Notes: generated by a model from the sequence alone, not told the origin. A DNA stretch of 64,000 bases from Tenericutes bacterium ADurb.Bin087 (GCA_002070905.1 MWEF01000002.1:9297-73296); one strand, 5' to 3'; positions 38,909 to 48,100 are shown, counted from the stretch's first letter. Numbers and translations: made by a program.

Positions 38909-41041
38909 TTAGTACTTCATGATAGGCCGTAAGCGTTTATTAGGTTCATCAATTTCAAATTCGCGAGTAAAATTTTTACCTATTTTCATTTTTTCAAAGG
39001 TGAAACCACGATTATTCATATCTAACATCATCTCGTAAAGTTTTAAATATAACATATCAGCTGTGTATTTAATCGATGGTTTTAGTTTTAAGTCATCAAT
39101 TCTTTTCTTTAATTGCTCTTTACTTAATAATAACGGTTCTTCTTTAGCTAACCCTAAACTTGTATAAAAAATCATATTAAAGTAATCAACATAAAACGCT
39201 AAAGGATGATAAAGTTTAAAGAAGGCAAATAGTAAACTGATTCTCTGATGTTCACTTCGTTCAGCGTCTTTGTAACTTTCTTTAAGGTGCGGTATACCAA
39301 GATTCGTTACTTCATCAGCACCTGAAACTATATCCATTAGTCTTTGTTCATTAATATCAATGTTATTAATGTTGACACCTGTAATTTGCATTAAATTACG
39401 TAATTTATATAAATAAATATCCGCAATTATATTAAATTCATACAGTGATTTTCGTAAATCATTATGATCAAAGTGCGTCATTTTCCATACATACTTATCA
39501 TTATTAAGATAATATTGCAGTGGAGTAAATTCATGCCACTTACGACCTTCAGGCAAGATAAAGATAGAAGATATATGCGGCATAGTTATCCTTTTAGTTT
39601 GCGCAGTGTAAAGCGCAATTTTTCTCACTTCTTCATCACTAACTGTTTTGACGTCTATTTCCTTCCACCCTAAAGTCTTTTTCGTCATATTAATTGCGGT
39701 GCTAATAGGAAAGGGTGTTATTTTCCCGCCTTTAACAACATTATCTTCGCCAAAATTTTCACGAAGATATTGAAGCGCTTTAAGGTGACCTTCTTCTTCA
39801 ACTTTTAAATAAAAGGCAGAGTCATCCGCATTATATGGAATAAAACCATTCACTGGACATAAAGGGTTAACGTTACTAATTCCTAAAAGATAGGCAAGAA
39901 AAGAACTTCCGTTTTTCTTATATCCGATAAATAAATAGCCATATTTCTTCATTAACTTCGCTATTTGATAATATATTAGTAAAACTGATGAATAACCTTT
40001 ATTTATCACATCATCTAATTCTTCCTTCATCCGTTTTTTTACTTCTCTTGGAAGTAAATCACCATATTTCTCTCGTGCTTTATTAAAACAGATTTCACTT
40101 AAAGTTTTATTAGCATTTTTAATTATTGGATAAGATGTTAATAAAGCATACGGCATAATTTGCGAAATCATATCGTTAATAAGGTTAGTATTTTTAATAA
40201 CTATTTCGTTAGCGAGTTCCTCCTCTAAAAACGAAAAACTTGCAAGCATTTCCTTTGTACTTCTAAAATGTTGATCTGGATTTTCAAAATATTCTAATTC
40301 GTTCCGTTCTTTTGGAGTTAAGGGATGGCGTCTTGTATAGGGAATTTGCGAATCAATTAAGACATCGCGACTTATTTTATGAACTTTATCAAGGTAATGA
40401 ACATCGCCTGTAGCAACTACTAGTTTTCCTAATCTTTTAGCACTATTAATAATTCTAACGATAGTGTCCTTTATAGATTTTTCATTATATTTTTCTATAT
40501 ACATATTTATTAAGTGCGAGTAGTTACTAGGTGGTTGAATTTCTAAATAATCATAAAATGAGCATATTTTTTCAAACACTTCTTCATCTTTAATCTGACT
40601 AGCGTAATCAAAGACTTCACCATTAAAACACGCTGAACCAATTAAAAGATTAGTGCGATATTTATTAATAACACTTTTCGGTAGTATCGCTTCTCCGTCA
40701 TGTAAATGCTTAGTGTTCGCTAGTGTTAATAATTCATAAAGTTCATTAATTCCTTGTTTATTCTTCGCTAATGCGATAGTGTGATAAATGGGTTCAAACT
40801 TTTTGTTGAATTTAGCGGAGAAAGTATCATCCCACATTAATAATTCAACTCCATAAATAATTTTAATGTCGTATTTTTGACCTGCTTCGTGCGCTGAATA
40901 AAATGACTGTACACAATTATGGTCAGTTATAGCAATGGCAATGTGTTCCATTTCTTTAGCTCTCTTACAATATTCGTCAATTGTTGTTACACCGTCTTGC
41001 TCTGACATATTTGTGTGTAAATGTAATTCTATTCTTTCCAT
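38909..41041 (-). CDS. PHP-domain protein fused to a catalytically degenerate PolC-like polymerase core (pseudo-polymerase; candidate nuclease effector)
   Basis: The N-terminal PHP motifs are intact (HLHTNMS, DG, ITDHN, GVE, CFNGE, VVATGDVHYL). Downstream, clear similarity to the PolC palm/fingers, recalled from memory of B. subtilis PolC (NGSSFLAYLLGISNVNPL, KRITMPHISSIFILPEG, THFDHNDL, FFKLYHPLAFYVDYF, NRGFTFEKM). The PDIDLNF catalytic aspartates and the KAHAAAY motif are replaced. Confidence 0.6.
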   Translation of the reverse strand: MERIELHLHTNMSEQDGVTTIDEYCKRAKEMEHIAIAITDHNCVQSFYSAHEAGQKYDIKIIYGVELLMWDDTFSAKFNKKFEPIYHTIALAKNKQGINELYELLTLANTKHLHDGEAILPKSVINKYRTNLLIGSACFNGEVFDYASQIKDEEVFEKICSFYDYLEIQPPSNYSHLINMYIEKYNEKSIKDTIVRIINSAKRLGKLVVATGDVHYLDKVHKISRDVLIDSQIPYTRRHPLTPKERNELEYFENPDQHFRSTKEMLASFSFLEEELANEIVIKNTNLINDMISQIMPYALLTSYPIIKNANKTLSEICFNKAREKYGDLLPREVKKRMKEELDDVINKGYSSVLLIYYQIAKLMKKYGYLFIGYKKNGSSFLAYLLGISNVNPLCPVNGFIPYNADDSAFYLKVEEEGHLKALQYLRENFGEDNVVKGGKITPFPISTAINMTKKTLGWKEIDVKTVSDEEVRKIALYTAQTKRITMPHISSIFILPEGRKWHEFTPLQYYLNNDKYVWKMTHFDHNDLRKSLYEFNIIADIYLYKLRNLMQITGVNINNIDINEQRLMDIVSGADEVTNLGIPHLKESYKDAERSEHQRISLLFAFFKLYHPLAFYVDYFNMIFYTSLGLAKEEPLLLSKEQLKKRIDDLKLKPSIKYTADMLYLKLYEMMLDMNNRGFTFEKMKIGKNFTREFEIDEPNKRLRPIMKY

Positions 41042-41095
41042 ATCTAAATTTCCTCTCTCTTTAAATTAATATTGTTTAAATGATTTAATTTATAA

Positions 41096-41551
41096 TTAAC
41101 GGTTTTCATTATTATTCCTACCTAAAATTTTTGCTAATAAAGAAAACACGAGTACTCCTAAACCGATGAATCCGCTGATTTGTAGTGCAGAATTAGGGTC
41201 AAAATAAGTGCCGGCGGGTTCCTCAATTTTCCAGCACGGATAAGAATCGTAGGTTGGTGGTACTACATCTAGCACGTATTCTCCAGTAACTATATGTACG
41301 TAACCGTTCCGAAATTTAACCCAAGGGTCTCTACCTCTTAATAATTCACAATCAATATCATCGCTTTCAAGCCGATAAAGCAGGTGTCTAGCGTGGCTCA
41401 AGCAATAATACATAGCAGTATTAAAATCTGAAAAAGTAATGCCTATAGCATCTTCTAATCTTTGAAATTCACTTTCACCACTATGAGCTTCTTCAAATTC
41501 TTCACGAATAAAACAAGGGCGCCCGTCATAACTAAAACCAGTGAAGCCCAT
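41096..41551 (-). CDS. small tail-anchored membrane protein of unknown function
   Basis: About 151 aa from the ATG with RBS AGGAGA; the track ORF starts one codon earlier at GTG (41552-41554). It has a soluble Cys/aromatic-rich N-terminal domain and a single C-terminal TM helix (ISGFIGLGVLVFSLLAKILG). Confidence 0.5.
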   Translation of the reverse strand: MGFTGFSYDGRPCFIREEFEEAHSGESEFQRLEDAIGITFSDFNTAMYYCLSHARHLLYRLESDDIDCELLRGRDPWVKFRNGYVHIVTGEYVLDVVPPTYDSYPCWKIEEPAGTYFDPNSALQISGFIGLGVLVFSLLAKILGRNNNENR

Positions 41552-41654
41552 CACGCGTAATCTCCTAATAAAAATGCCATTTATGAATCCTCCTATTTGT
41601 TACAATTTAGTTATAACATGTTAATTAGGACATAAAACGACATTAATGATTAAT

Positions 41655-42353
41655 TTATTTTTTATTACAATTAAAAATACAAATATTGACTTTTTCTTCT
41701 AACTTTGTTCCTTTTATGCGCGTTAATTTGAATAGTTTATTCATTTCATCTATCCATTCATCATGTGAAAGTGATTTATAGTCTTCAGTATTAAATTCGT
41801 ATCCATTTTCAAAAAGTAAATACACTAATTTGGCTTTATAACCTTTTTTTAGTAAAAAATCTAAAGCAATTATGCGATTCGCTAATTGATAACCTGCACC
41901 AGTCCAGTTACTTACTGACCGATTAATTTCGTATTCTTTTTGAACGGTTGTAATAACTTTAGTATTGTTTGCTATTGTATCAGGATCTTTCCAATCCGCT
42001 CCTGCTCCTTTTAATTCTCCAAGATGCGCTTTTGCTTCTACTAAAATGATGGTGCCGTCTTTCGAAATTCCAACCGCATCCCAATTTATCCCTCCTTTTC
42101 CGCAAGCCCAGTAAGTAGTCCATTCTTTATTAATCCCTGGGATAAATTCAAAATTTAGTATTTCTTTATCTTCTGGCCCATTAAAAGTAAAATCAAGCCA
42201 ATTAATTTCACTATCAACTTTAGCGGATTCAGCACTCGCCTCATTTAATTCATTACGATGCCAGCCAAGCATTCTTAGTAATTGATACTTTGATCCATAA
42301 CCAAACGCTAATTTATCACAAATATTTTTTTGCATTTCATTTATAACCTCCAC
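41655..42353 (-). CDS. hypothetical protein with a PD-(D/E)xK nuclease-like motif
   Basis: 232 aa; WDAVGISKDGTIILVEAKAH fits the D-x(n)-E-x-K restriction-endonuclease-fold signature. It has no other recognisable domain and is AT-rich. Confidence 0.45.
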   Translation of the reverse strand: MEVINEMQKNICDKLAFGYGSKYQLLRMLGWHRNELNEASAESAKVDSEINWLDFTFNGPEDKEILNFEFIPGINKEWTTYWACGKGGINWDAVGISKDGTIILVEAKAHLGELKGAGADWKDPDTIANNTKVITTVQKEYEINRSVSNWTGAGYQLANRIIALDFLLKKGYKAKLVYLLFENGYEFNTEDYKSLSHDEWIDEMNKLFKLTRIKGTKLEEKVNICIFNCNKK

Positions 42354-42394
42354 TACTTAAATAATTTATAAGAAACTCGAGATATAGAAGGTAA

Positions 42395-43111
42395 TCATTT
42401 TATATCTTTTTTAAAAATAAAAACTTTAATATCCCAATCCTTGATTAACTGATTAACATTAGGGTGCTCTTCTTTATTACGAAAATGTTCCGCTGCTGTT
42501 GAATCTTCGGGGATTAAAATCACTTTTCTAATCCTCGTGCAGGGGTTAATCTCCAATTTCTTAATATGTAAATCTTTTAATAGTTGTTTCTTCTTCTGGA
42601 TTAGTGACTCGTAATATGTTTGGATTTGGAGCGCACACTTAAGAAGGGTTTCAACGCTTTTATATTCCCCATCCTTTTTTACGCCTTTAACCTCAATTAA
42701 GTATAGTTCATCCTTCTTTTCGTCATACGATAATAAATCAACATCCACTCCAGTATTAGGAGAGATATTTAACTCACATTCAAACGGTTTTCCTAAATTA
42801 TCTGGTGACTCTTCAAACAAATCTTCCCCAAAAGAGTTATCATCATACCATCTGCGACATAATGCACGCTCAGTGCCTGGTTCCGCTTTACTTTTTCTCT
42901 TACGCATTTTAAATTCTTCCCTCACTTCGGTATAAGGGACAATATCATCTTTATGTTCCAAAATATATTCTGCAATAACTTCAGTATAAAATTCAGTTCC
43001 CTTTTTCGTCTTACCTGTATAGTTATTGAAATCCTTGGTATAAAACCCAACTTTAGGTAAAGCATTTTTAACCATTTCAATAATTTCTTCTTTACTATAT
43101 TTTTTAGGCAT
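42395..43111 (-). CDS. hypothetical protein with a PD-(D/E)xK nuclease-like motif
   Basis: 238 aa; VDVDLLSYDEKKDELYLIEVKGVK has the D...E-x-K pattern. Its ATG overlaps the regulator stop (TAATG), which indicates translational coupling. Confidence 0.4.
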   Translation of the reverse strand: MPKKYSKEEIIEMVKNALPKVGFYTKDFNNYTGKTKKGTEFYTEVIAEYILEHKDDIVPYTEVREEFKMRKRKSKAEPGTERALCRRWYDDNSFGEDLFEESPDNLGKPFECELNISPNTGVDVDLLSYDEKKDELYLIEVKGVKKDGEYKSVETLLKCALQIQTYYESLIQKKKQLLKDLHIKKLEINPCTRIRKVILIPEDSTAAEHFRNKEEHPNVNQLIKDWDIKVFIFKKDIK

Positions 43112-44001
43112 TAGCTATTCCCCCTCTTTATACTTATTATTTGGTTATTCAAGTATTTTAAGTATCGTTCTATAAAATCTTTATCTAAAAATGTGTACTT
43201 CTTTGTGCTAATTCTAAAAAGTGGATAGTATAATTCGTTTTCACTACTACTAGTGACGGTGTAAGTTAACTCTTCTTCATCTTTAGTACCTTTACCCTCA
43301 AAATATTTATCGAAAGTTAATAATGTTTCTTGGTCGTTACATTTAACACGTAATGTTGTTTCTTTTCCGTCTTTAATTCCATACATCGATGACTTTTTTA
43401 GAATTGTCTGTTCGATATTATCTTTTGGCATGAAAGCTTCTAATTGTTTAATATCACGCATAAACCGCACATCATATTTACGTAATTCATCATTATATGT
43501 GCCAAATAAGTAATAAGTGTGATTTGTAAGCACAATTTTATAGGGCGCAACTTTTAATGGGTTATCAAAATCACGATACATGAAACTTATTACTTTTTGG
43601 ACTTTGATAGCCTTTATAATTTGTTCTAAATTATCTAACACATCATTATCGATGTAATTATCTCCAACAATTGAATCCGTAATAACATAATTTGGTAATT
43701 CAGACAGAACTTTTTCAATACGTTCATTACTTCGCATCGCAATAGACATAGCAAGTACGATATTTTCGGGCATCGCAAAGCCTTTATCTAAAGGTGTCCG
43801 TAATCTGTAACCACCATAACGCCCTAATTTAGTCTCAATATCGAGTTCTATGATTGTATTTAAGTCTTCTAGATAACGACGAGCTTGACGATCACTCACT
43901 TCAAGATAATTTGCAATTTCTTTGATAGTGACCCACTTCGTGCGATTATGTAGTTGATTTAGGTACAAGAGCACTTTTAGTTCCTGACTAATTTTTGACA
44001 T
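43111..44001 (-). CDS. HTH + WYL-domain transcriptional regulator (BrxR/CapW-like)
   Basis: An N-terminal DeoR-type HTH (VTIKEIANYLEVSDRQARRYLEDL) is followed by GRYGGYRLR. The WYL domain shows ISFMYRDFDNPLKVAPYKIVLTNHTYYLFGTYNDELRKYDVRFMRDI. A C-terminal extension may be WCX-like. It is the first gene of the 5-gene operon. Confidence 0.7.
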   Translation of the reverse strand: MSKISQELKVLLYLNQLHNRTKWVTIKEIANYLEVSDRQARRYLEDLNTIIELDIETKLGRYGGYRLRTPLDKGFAMPENIVLAMSIAMRSNERIEKVLSELPNYVITDSIVGDNYIDNDVLDNLEQIIKAIKVQKVISFMYRDFDNPLKVAPYKIVLTNHTYYLFGTYNDELRKYDVRFMRDIKQLEAFMPKDNIEQTILKKSSMYGIKDGKETTLRVKCNDQETLLTFDKYFEGKGTKDEEELTYTVTSSSENELYYPLFRISTKKYTFLDKDFIERYLKYLNNQIISIKRGNS

Positions 44002-44063
44002 ATAAATCCTCCATAGCTTTAGGATAACAAACTATATAGGACATATAAAGGCATATTAAAAAA

Positions 44064-45245
44064 TTAAAATAATTCATCCTCACTATTATTTAGAGAAATA
44101 TCAACTTTTTTCGTATCACTAATTGCTTCACTAATAAGTGATTCGTAATCAAACTTGCTTTCAAAACGGAGTGCATCTTCTAATTTTGGGCTAGTGACAG
44201 AATTTGTAACAGGGAAAATCGTACAACAATCTTCATAAGGTAAAATGGAAATGGGATACGTTTGAATGCCCTTTGCAATCTTAATAATTTCATTTTTATC
44301 AACTGTCGCTAGTGGGCGAATAATTGGATAATTTGTTACTTCATTAATCACCACAAGTGATTCAAGTGTTTGACTAGAAACTTGGCCAAGTGAATCACCA
44401 GTGACAAGTACTTTATAGCCATGGCGCTTAGCAATAATGGTGCTGATGCGCAGCATCATGCGGCGCATTAAAGTAATCGCATACCCGCCTGTCGAGTGTT
44501 CATAAATCGCTAATTGGAGGTTAGTGAAAGGCACAACATAAAGCCTAATACACGGTTGATAGTTATTAAGTTTAGCAACAATGTTTTCAATTTTCTTTAA
44601 CACTTCTTCACTTGTATAAGGAGGAGCAGCAAAGTGGATAGCCGCAATTTTAATCCCGCGCCTAATCATTAAATAGGCGGCGACTGGCGAATCAATCCCG
44701 CCACTAAGGAGCACTAAGCCTTTTCCCGCGGCGCCAAGCGGATAACCGCCTAAACCATCATAACGTTTACCAACAACTAAAATTCGATTTGTATCAATCT
44801 CTAGTCGTAGTGGCAATTCGGGATCATGGACATCCACTTTAATCTCGGCATTTTTCAGAATGTGACTAGCAATACTACGGTTAACTTCATCACTGCGTAA
44901 CGGAAATAATTTATCCTTTCGTTTAGTAATTACTTTAAACGTTTTTGGTTTAAGTTCAAGCACAAGGCTAAGCACAAATTGTTTAACCTTTTCTAAATCT
45001 AACGGGAATTCAACAACTTCACTAATGGCATGGATTCCGCTGACATTTTGCAGCCGTTTTATAATTTCTTGCAAATTATTTTCTTGAATATTTTTTATAT
45101 AAATATGGTCATGTCTTGTTTCAATATGGACTTTAAAAGGCGCGCTAACTTCTTTAATGTTTTGCGTTAGTTGCCGGATAAAATCTCGTCTATTTTTGCC
45201 TTTAGTGTATAGTTCACCAAAGTGAATCATTACCATTTTACTCAC
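44064..45245 (-). CDS. thiI: tRNA 4-thiouridine(8) synthase ThiI
   Basis: 393 aa with a THUMP domain and a PP-loop (LLSGGIDSPVAAYLM). Confidence 0.9.
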   Translation of the reverse strand: MSKMVMIHFGELYTKGKNRRDFIRQLTQNIKEVSAPFKVHIETRHDHIYIKNIQENNLQEIIKRLQNVSGIHAISEVVEFPLDLEKVKQFVLSLVLELKPKTFKVITKRKDKLFPLRSDEVNRSIASHILKNAEIKVDVHDPELPLRLEIDTNRILVVGKRYDGLGGYPLGAAGKGLVLLSGGIDSPVAAYLMIRRGIKIAAIHFAAPPYTSEEVLKKIENIVAKLNNYQPCIRLYVVPFTNLQLAIYEHSTGGYAITLMRRMMLRISTIIAKRHGYKVLVTGDSLGQVSSQTLESLVVINEVTNYPIIRPLATVDKNEIIKIAKGIQTYPISILPYEDCCTIFPVTNSVTSPKLEDALRFESKFDYESLISEAISDTKKVDISLNNSEDELF

Positions 45246-46371
45246 GGCTATACTCCTTAATAATTTCGATTAATGCCTTACAGAATATGTCAACTTCTTC
45301 AAGGGTATTTTCCATTCCAAAACTGACACGGATTGAATTACTAGCGCGCTCTTCATCATGAGATATGGCATACACTGATTGACTCATAGTATGTAACTTA
45401 GCGCTACAGGAACTTGTCGTACCAACATAAATCCCCCGATTTTCTAAAGCATTAAGGACAATTGATGCCTTAATCGTCTTAAGTGAAAAATTAAAGATGT
45501 ATGGATTACTTTGTCCGAGAGAATTAATAACAAATAAATCTTTATATTGAGCAATAAAATTGTGAAGTTTAAGTTTTAAAGGATAAACATGATTAAAGTG
45601 GTTATCTATATTCCCTTTAGCGATTCGCACTGTTTTTGCTAACACAATATTAGCGGGCGCATTATGCGTTCCAGGTCGAATCCCTTCTTCTTGTCCCCCG
45701 CCATACACTAGTGGTTTTGGCTGTAAATTATTGCGGAGAATCAAAGCACCACTCCCTTTTAAACCACCGATTTTATGAGCGGAAAATGAATAAGCATCCG
45801 CAGCGTTAGGATGATATTCAAGTTTCCCCATCGCTTGCGTGACATCGCTATGGAAAATAACTTTAGGATATGGTTTTAAGTAGTCCCTAATTTTCCCCAA
45901 ATCAATAACATCACCTACTTCATTATTAACAACCATCACCGATACGAGTATAGTTTTATCATTTAGTAACGATTTAAAAACATCAAAATCAAAACCACCT
46001 TGGAAGCGAATCGGTACCTTGTGAATGATGGCCCCACGCTCTTGTTGTAAATACGCACAAGCTTCCCGGACGCTAGGGTGTTCGTAATCACTAATGATTA
46101 TTTCATTGCCTCTATTTTTATATGTTTCATATAAACCAATAATGGCAATATTATTAGCTTCTGTTGCCCCGCTAGTGAAAATAACTTTACCATCACGAAA
46201 TTTAAGCATTCTTAAAAGTTCTTCGCGTGCTTTATCTTGTAATCTTGCTACTTCACGGGCAAAAGTATGCATTCCACTAGGATTTGCATAATATTTATCA
46301 AGAATCTCATTATATGTTCTTAAAACTTCTGGATGAATTTTTGTTGTACTAGCGTTATCAAAATAAATCAT
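45238..46371 (-). CDS. cysteine desulfurase (class V aminotransferase, NifS/IscS/NifZ-like)
   Basis: 377 aa; FSAHKIGGLKGSGAL contains the PLP lysine, and FTSGATEANN is present. It is paired with thiI, as in Bacillus nifZ-thiI. Confidence 0.85.
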   Translation of the reverse strand: MIYFDNASTTKIHPEVLRTYNEILDKYYANPSGMHTFAREVARLQDKAREELLRMLKFRDGKVIFTSGATEANNIAIIGLYETYKNRGNEIIISDYEHPSVREACAYLQQERGAIIHKVPIRFQGGFDFDVFKSLLNDKTILVSVMVVNNEVGDVIDLGKIRDYLKPYPKVIFHSDVTQAMGKLEYHPNAADAYSFSAHKIGGLKGSGALILRNNLQPKPLVYGGGQEEGIRPGTHNAPANIVLAKTVRIAKGNIDNHFNHVYPLKLKLHNFIAQYKDLFVINSLGQSNPYIFNFSLKTIKASIVLNALENRGIYVGTTSSCSAKLHTMSQSVYAISHDEERASNSIRVSFGMENTLEEVDIFCKALIEIIKEYSRE

Positions 46372-48092
46372 TGTTTACGGTTTTGGTATTTCTTTAATTG
46401 TTCAATTGAATTTTCGTATGTATGTTTAAATAAGCCGTTAAAGAATCGTTGTTCTTCATCACGTAATTTAGCGTGTAATTCACTAAATTGTGGACGGAAT
46501 GCATTTAAGCTCACGATGACTTCTTCCGCTGAATGTGCGTATTTAACATCTGTGGTAATTACATCTTCAAGCCGTGTCGCTAATGCACGTAATTCATTTG
46601 TTAATACTTCAACTTGACTCACATCAATTGGTCGTTCACGAATAATCGTGCTAATATCACTAATCATTGCATAGCCACTATCAAAGTCTTGTTCAAAGTT
46701 TTGAACATACGACGGAACATTAAGTTTGCGTAATGTTACTTCTAATTCCTTAAAGCGTAAAAATAATACTTTACAAATCGCAAACCCATCTTCAACAATA
46801 ACGCGGAGTGATTCAATATATGTTTGAAATTCACGGACGAGTACTTCAACTTTCTTACTTTCACTTTGTAGTTGCATTACTTTCTCGACTAACACACTAT
46901 AAGGTTGCTTTGTCGCACTATGTAAGAACGCATCTAAACTGCGTTTAACCATCATCATCGTGTTAACATTCGTATTTGCTTCTTCAAGTTTCTTTTCATA
47001 TTCGGGGTTAATTAAATAATATTCCTTAACTTGTGGCATTCTATTTACTAGCCTAATATAACGTTGTTCTAATTCATTAACATGTAAATATGTTTTATCG
47101 TATTCAGCGGTAAATTCACGTTGTTTGTCAATTTCAACATTGAAACTATTCACTAATTCATCAATTGTATCGGCAATCTGATTTAATGTTTGTTCGACAT
47201 TACGTGTATCAAAGCGAATGAGTTGATCTTTAATGACTTCAAGCTGTTCATTAAAGTTTTCAATTTCAGCACTGACGCGTAAATGATGCAGCGGGACGTT
47301 ATAGGCCGTTGCTTCTTCATAACTTTTCTTAAGCGTCGCAATTTTTTCGGGAATTAAGACTGTTGCTTTGACAACTAACAACGGTAAGATTTGTAGAATG
47401 CGCTCTAGTTGATCATTAAACGTGCGAATTTTTTCTAAATAACTGCGGGCTTCATCGTAATAAGCACCATTTAGTGCATTATCATATTCTTTAAAGAGTA
47501 ACTCAATTTGGCTAAAAATCCGTTCAAAACTTGGTACACAAATTTCGAGTTCATCTTTGTGATCCCGATAAACATTTTTAATAATACGTAATTTCTCTTT
47601 ATCGTAGACACTCTCTTCACGAATTTCGGATTCGGGTTTAATCATATTTGTTAGATCTTTACTTAACGCTGTTACTTTACGTTCATAATCTAAAATAATC
47701 GGGCGATGTTCGTTGAACGCTTTTTTAAATTCTTTGTTCCCCGCGGCAAGCGCTTCATTTAAGATTTGAATTGATCGGCTCGCTTTACGGTCATCGACAT
47801 TCCGTAACTGTTCAAACCGCGCAAAAAATTCTTCATAAGCAGGGCGCATTAATAAATTAATATCACTGATTGCTTCAATGCGTTTAATATATTGAATATT
47901 TTCTCCAAGTAGTAGACTGCGAACGTATGAATATTTAATCGACAATGATTTTAAGACTTTACGGTTTTTCGTGCCTTGAAAGGCAAATTTACTTAAAATA
48001 AAGATTAAAACGGCGACAACAAGAATAATACTTGCCGCAATAAAGATAATATCAAGTGTATTTAATAATGTTACTACTTCCATAAGTCGCAC
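46368..48092 (-). CDS. ezrA: septation ring formation regulator EzrA
   Basis: 574 aa with an N-terminal TM anchor (IIFIAASIILVVAVLIFIL) followed by a long coiled coil. Size and architecture match EzrA. Confidence 0.7.
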   Translation of the reverse strand: MRLMEVVTLLNTLDIIFIAASIILVVAVLIFILSKFAFQGTKNRKVLKSLSIKYSYVRSLLLGENIQYIKRIEAISDINLLMRPAYEEFFARFEQLRNVDDRKASRSIQILNEALAAGNKEFKKAFNEHRPIILDYERKVTALSKDLTNMIKPESEIREESVYDKEKLRIIKNVYRDHKDELEICVPSFERIFSQIELLFKEYDNALNGAYYDEARSYLEKIRTFNDQLERILQILPLLVVKATVLIPEKIATLKKSYEEATAYNVPLHHLRVSAEIENFNEQLEVIKDQLIRFDTRNVEQTLNQIADTIDELVNSFNVEIDKQREFTAEYDKTYLHVNELEQRYIRLVNRMPQVKEYYLINPEYEKKLEEANTNVNTMMMVKRSLDAFLHSATKQPYSVLVEKVMQLQSESKKVEVLVREFQTYIESLRVIVEDGFAICKVLFLRFKELEVTLRKLNVPSYVQNFEQDFDSGYAMISDISTIIRERPIDVSQVEVLTNELRALATRLEDVITTDVKYAHSAEEVIVSLNAFRPQFSELHAKLRDEEQRFFNGLFKHTYENSIEQLKKYQNRKQ

Positions 48093-48100
48093 CTCACTTA

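Noticed and set aside
38909-44063. Possibility that the island is a prophage remnant, IS or ICE
   Set aside because: No integrase, recombinase or transposase, no tRNA or tmRNA attachment site, and no flanking direct or inverted repeats were found. Only low GC and a bidirectional terminator mark the boundaries.
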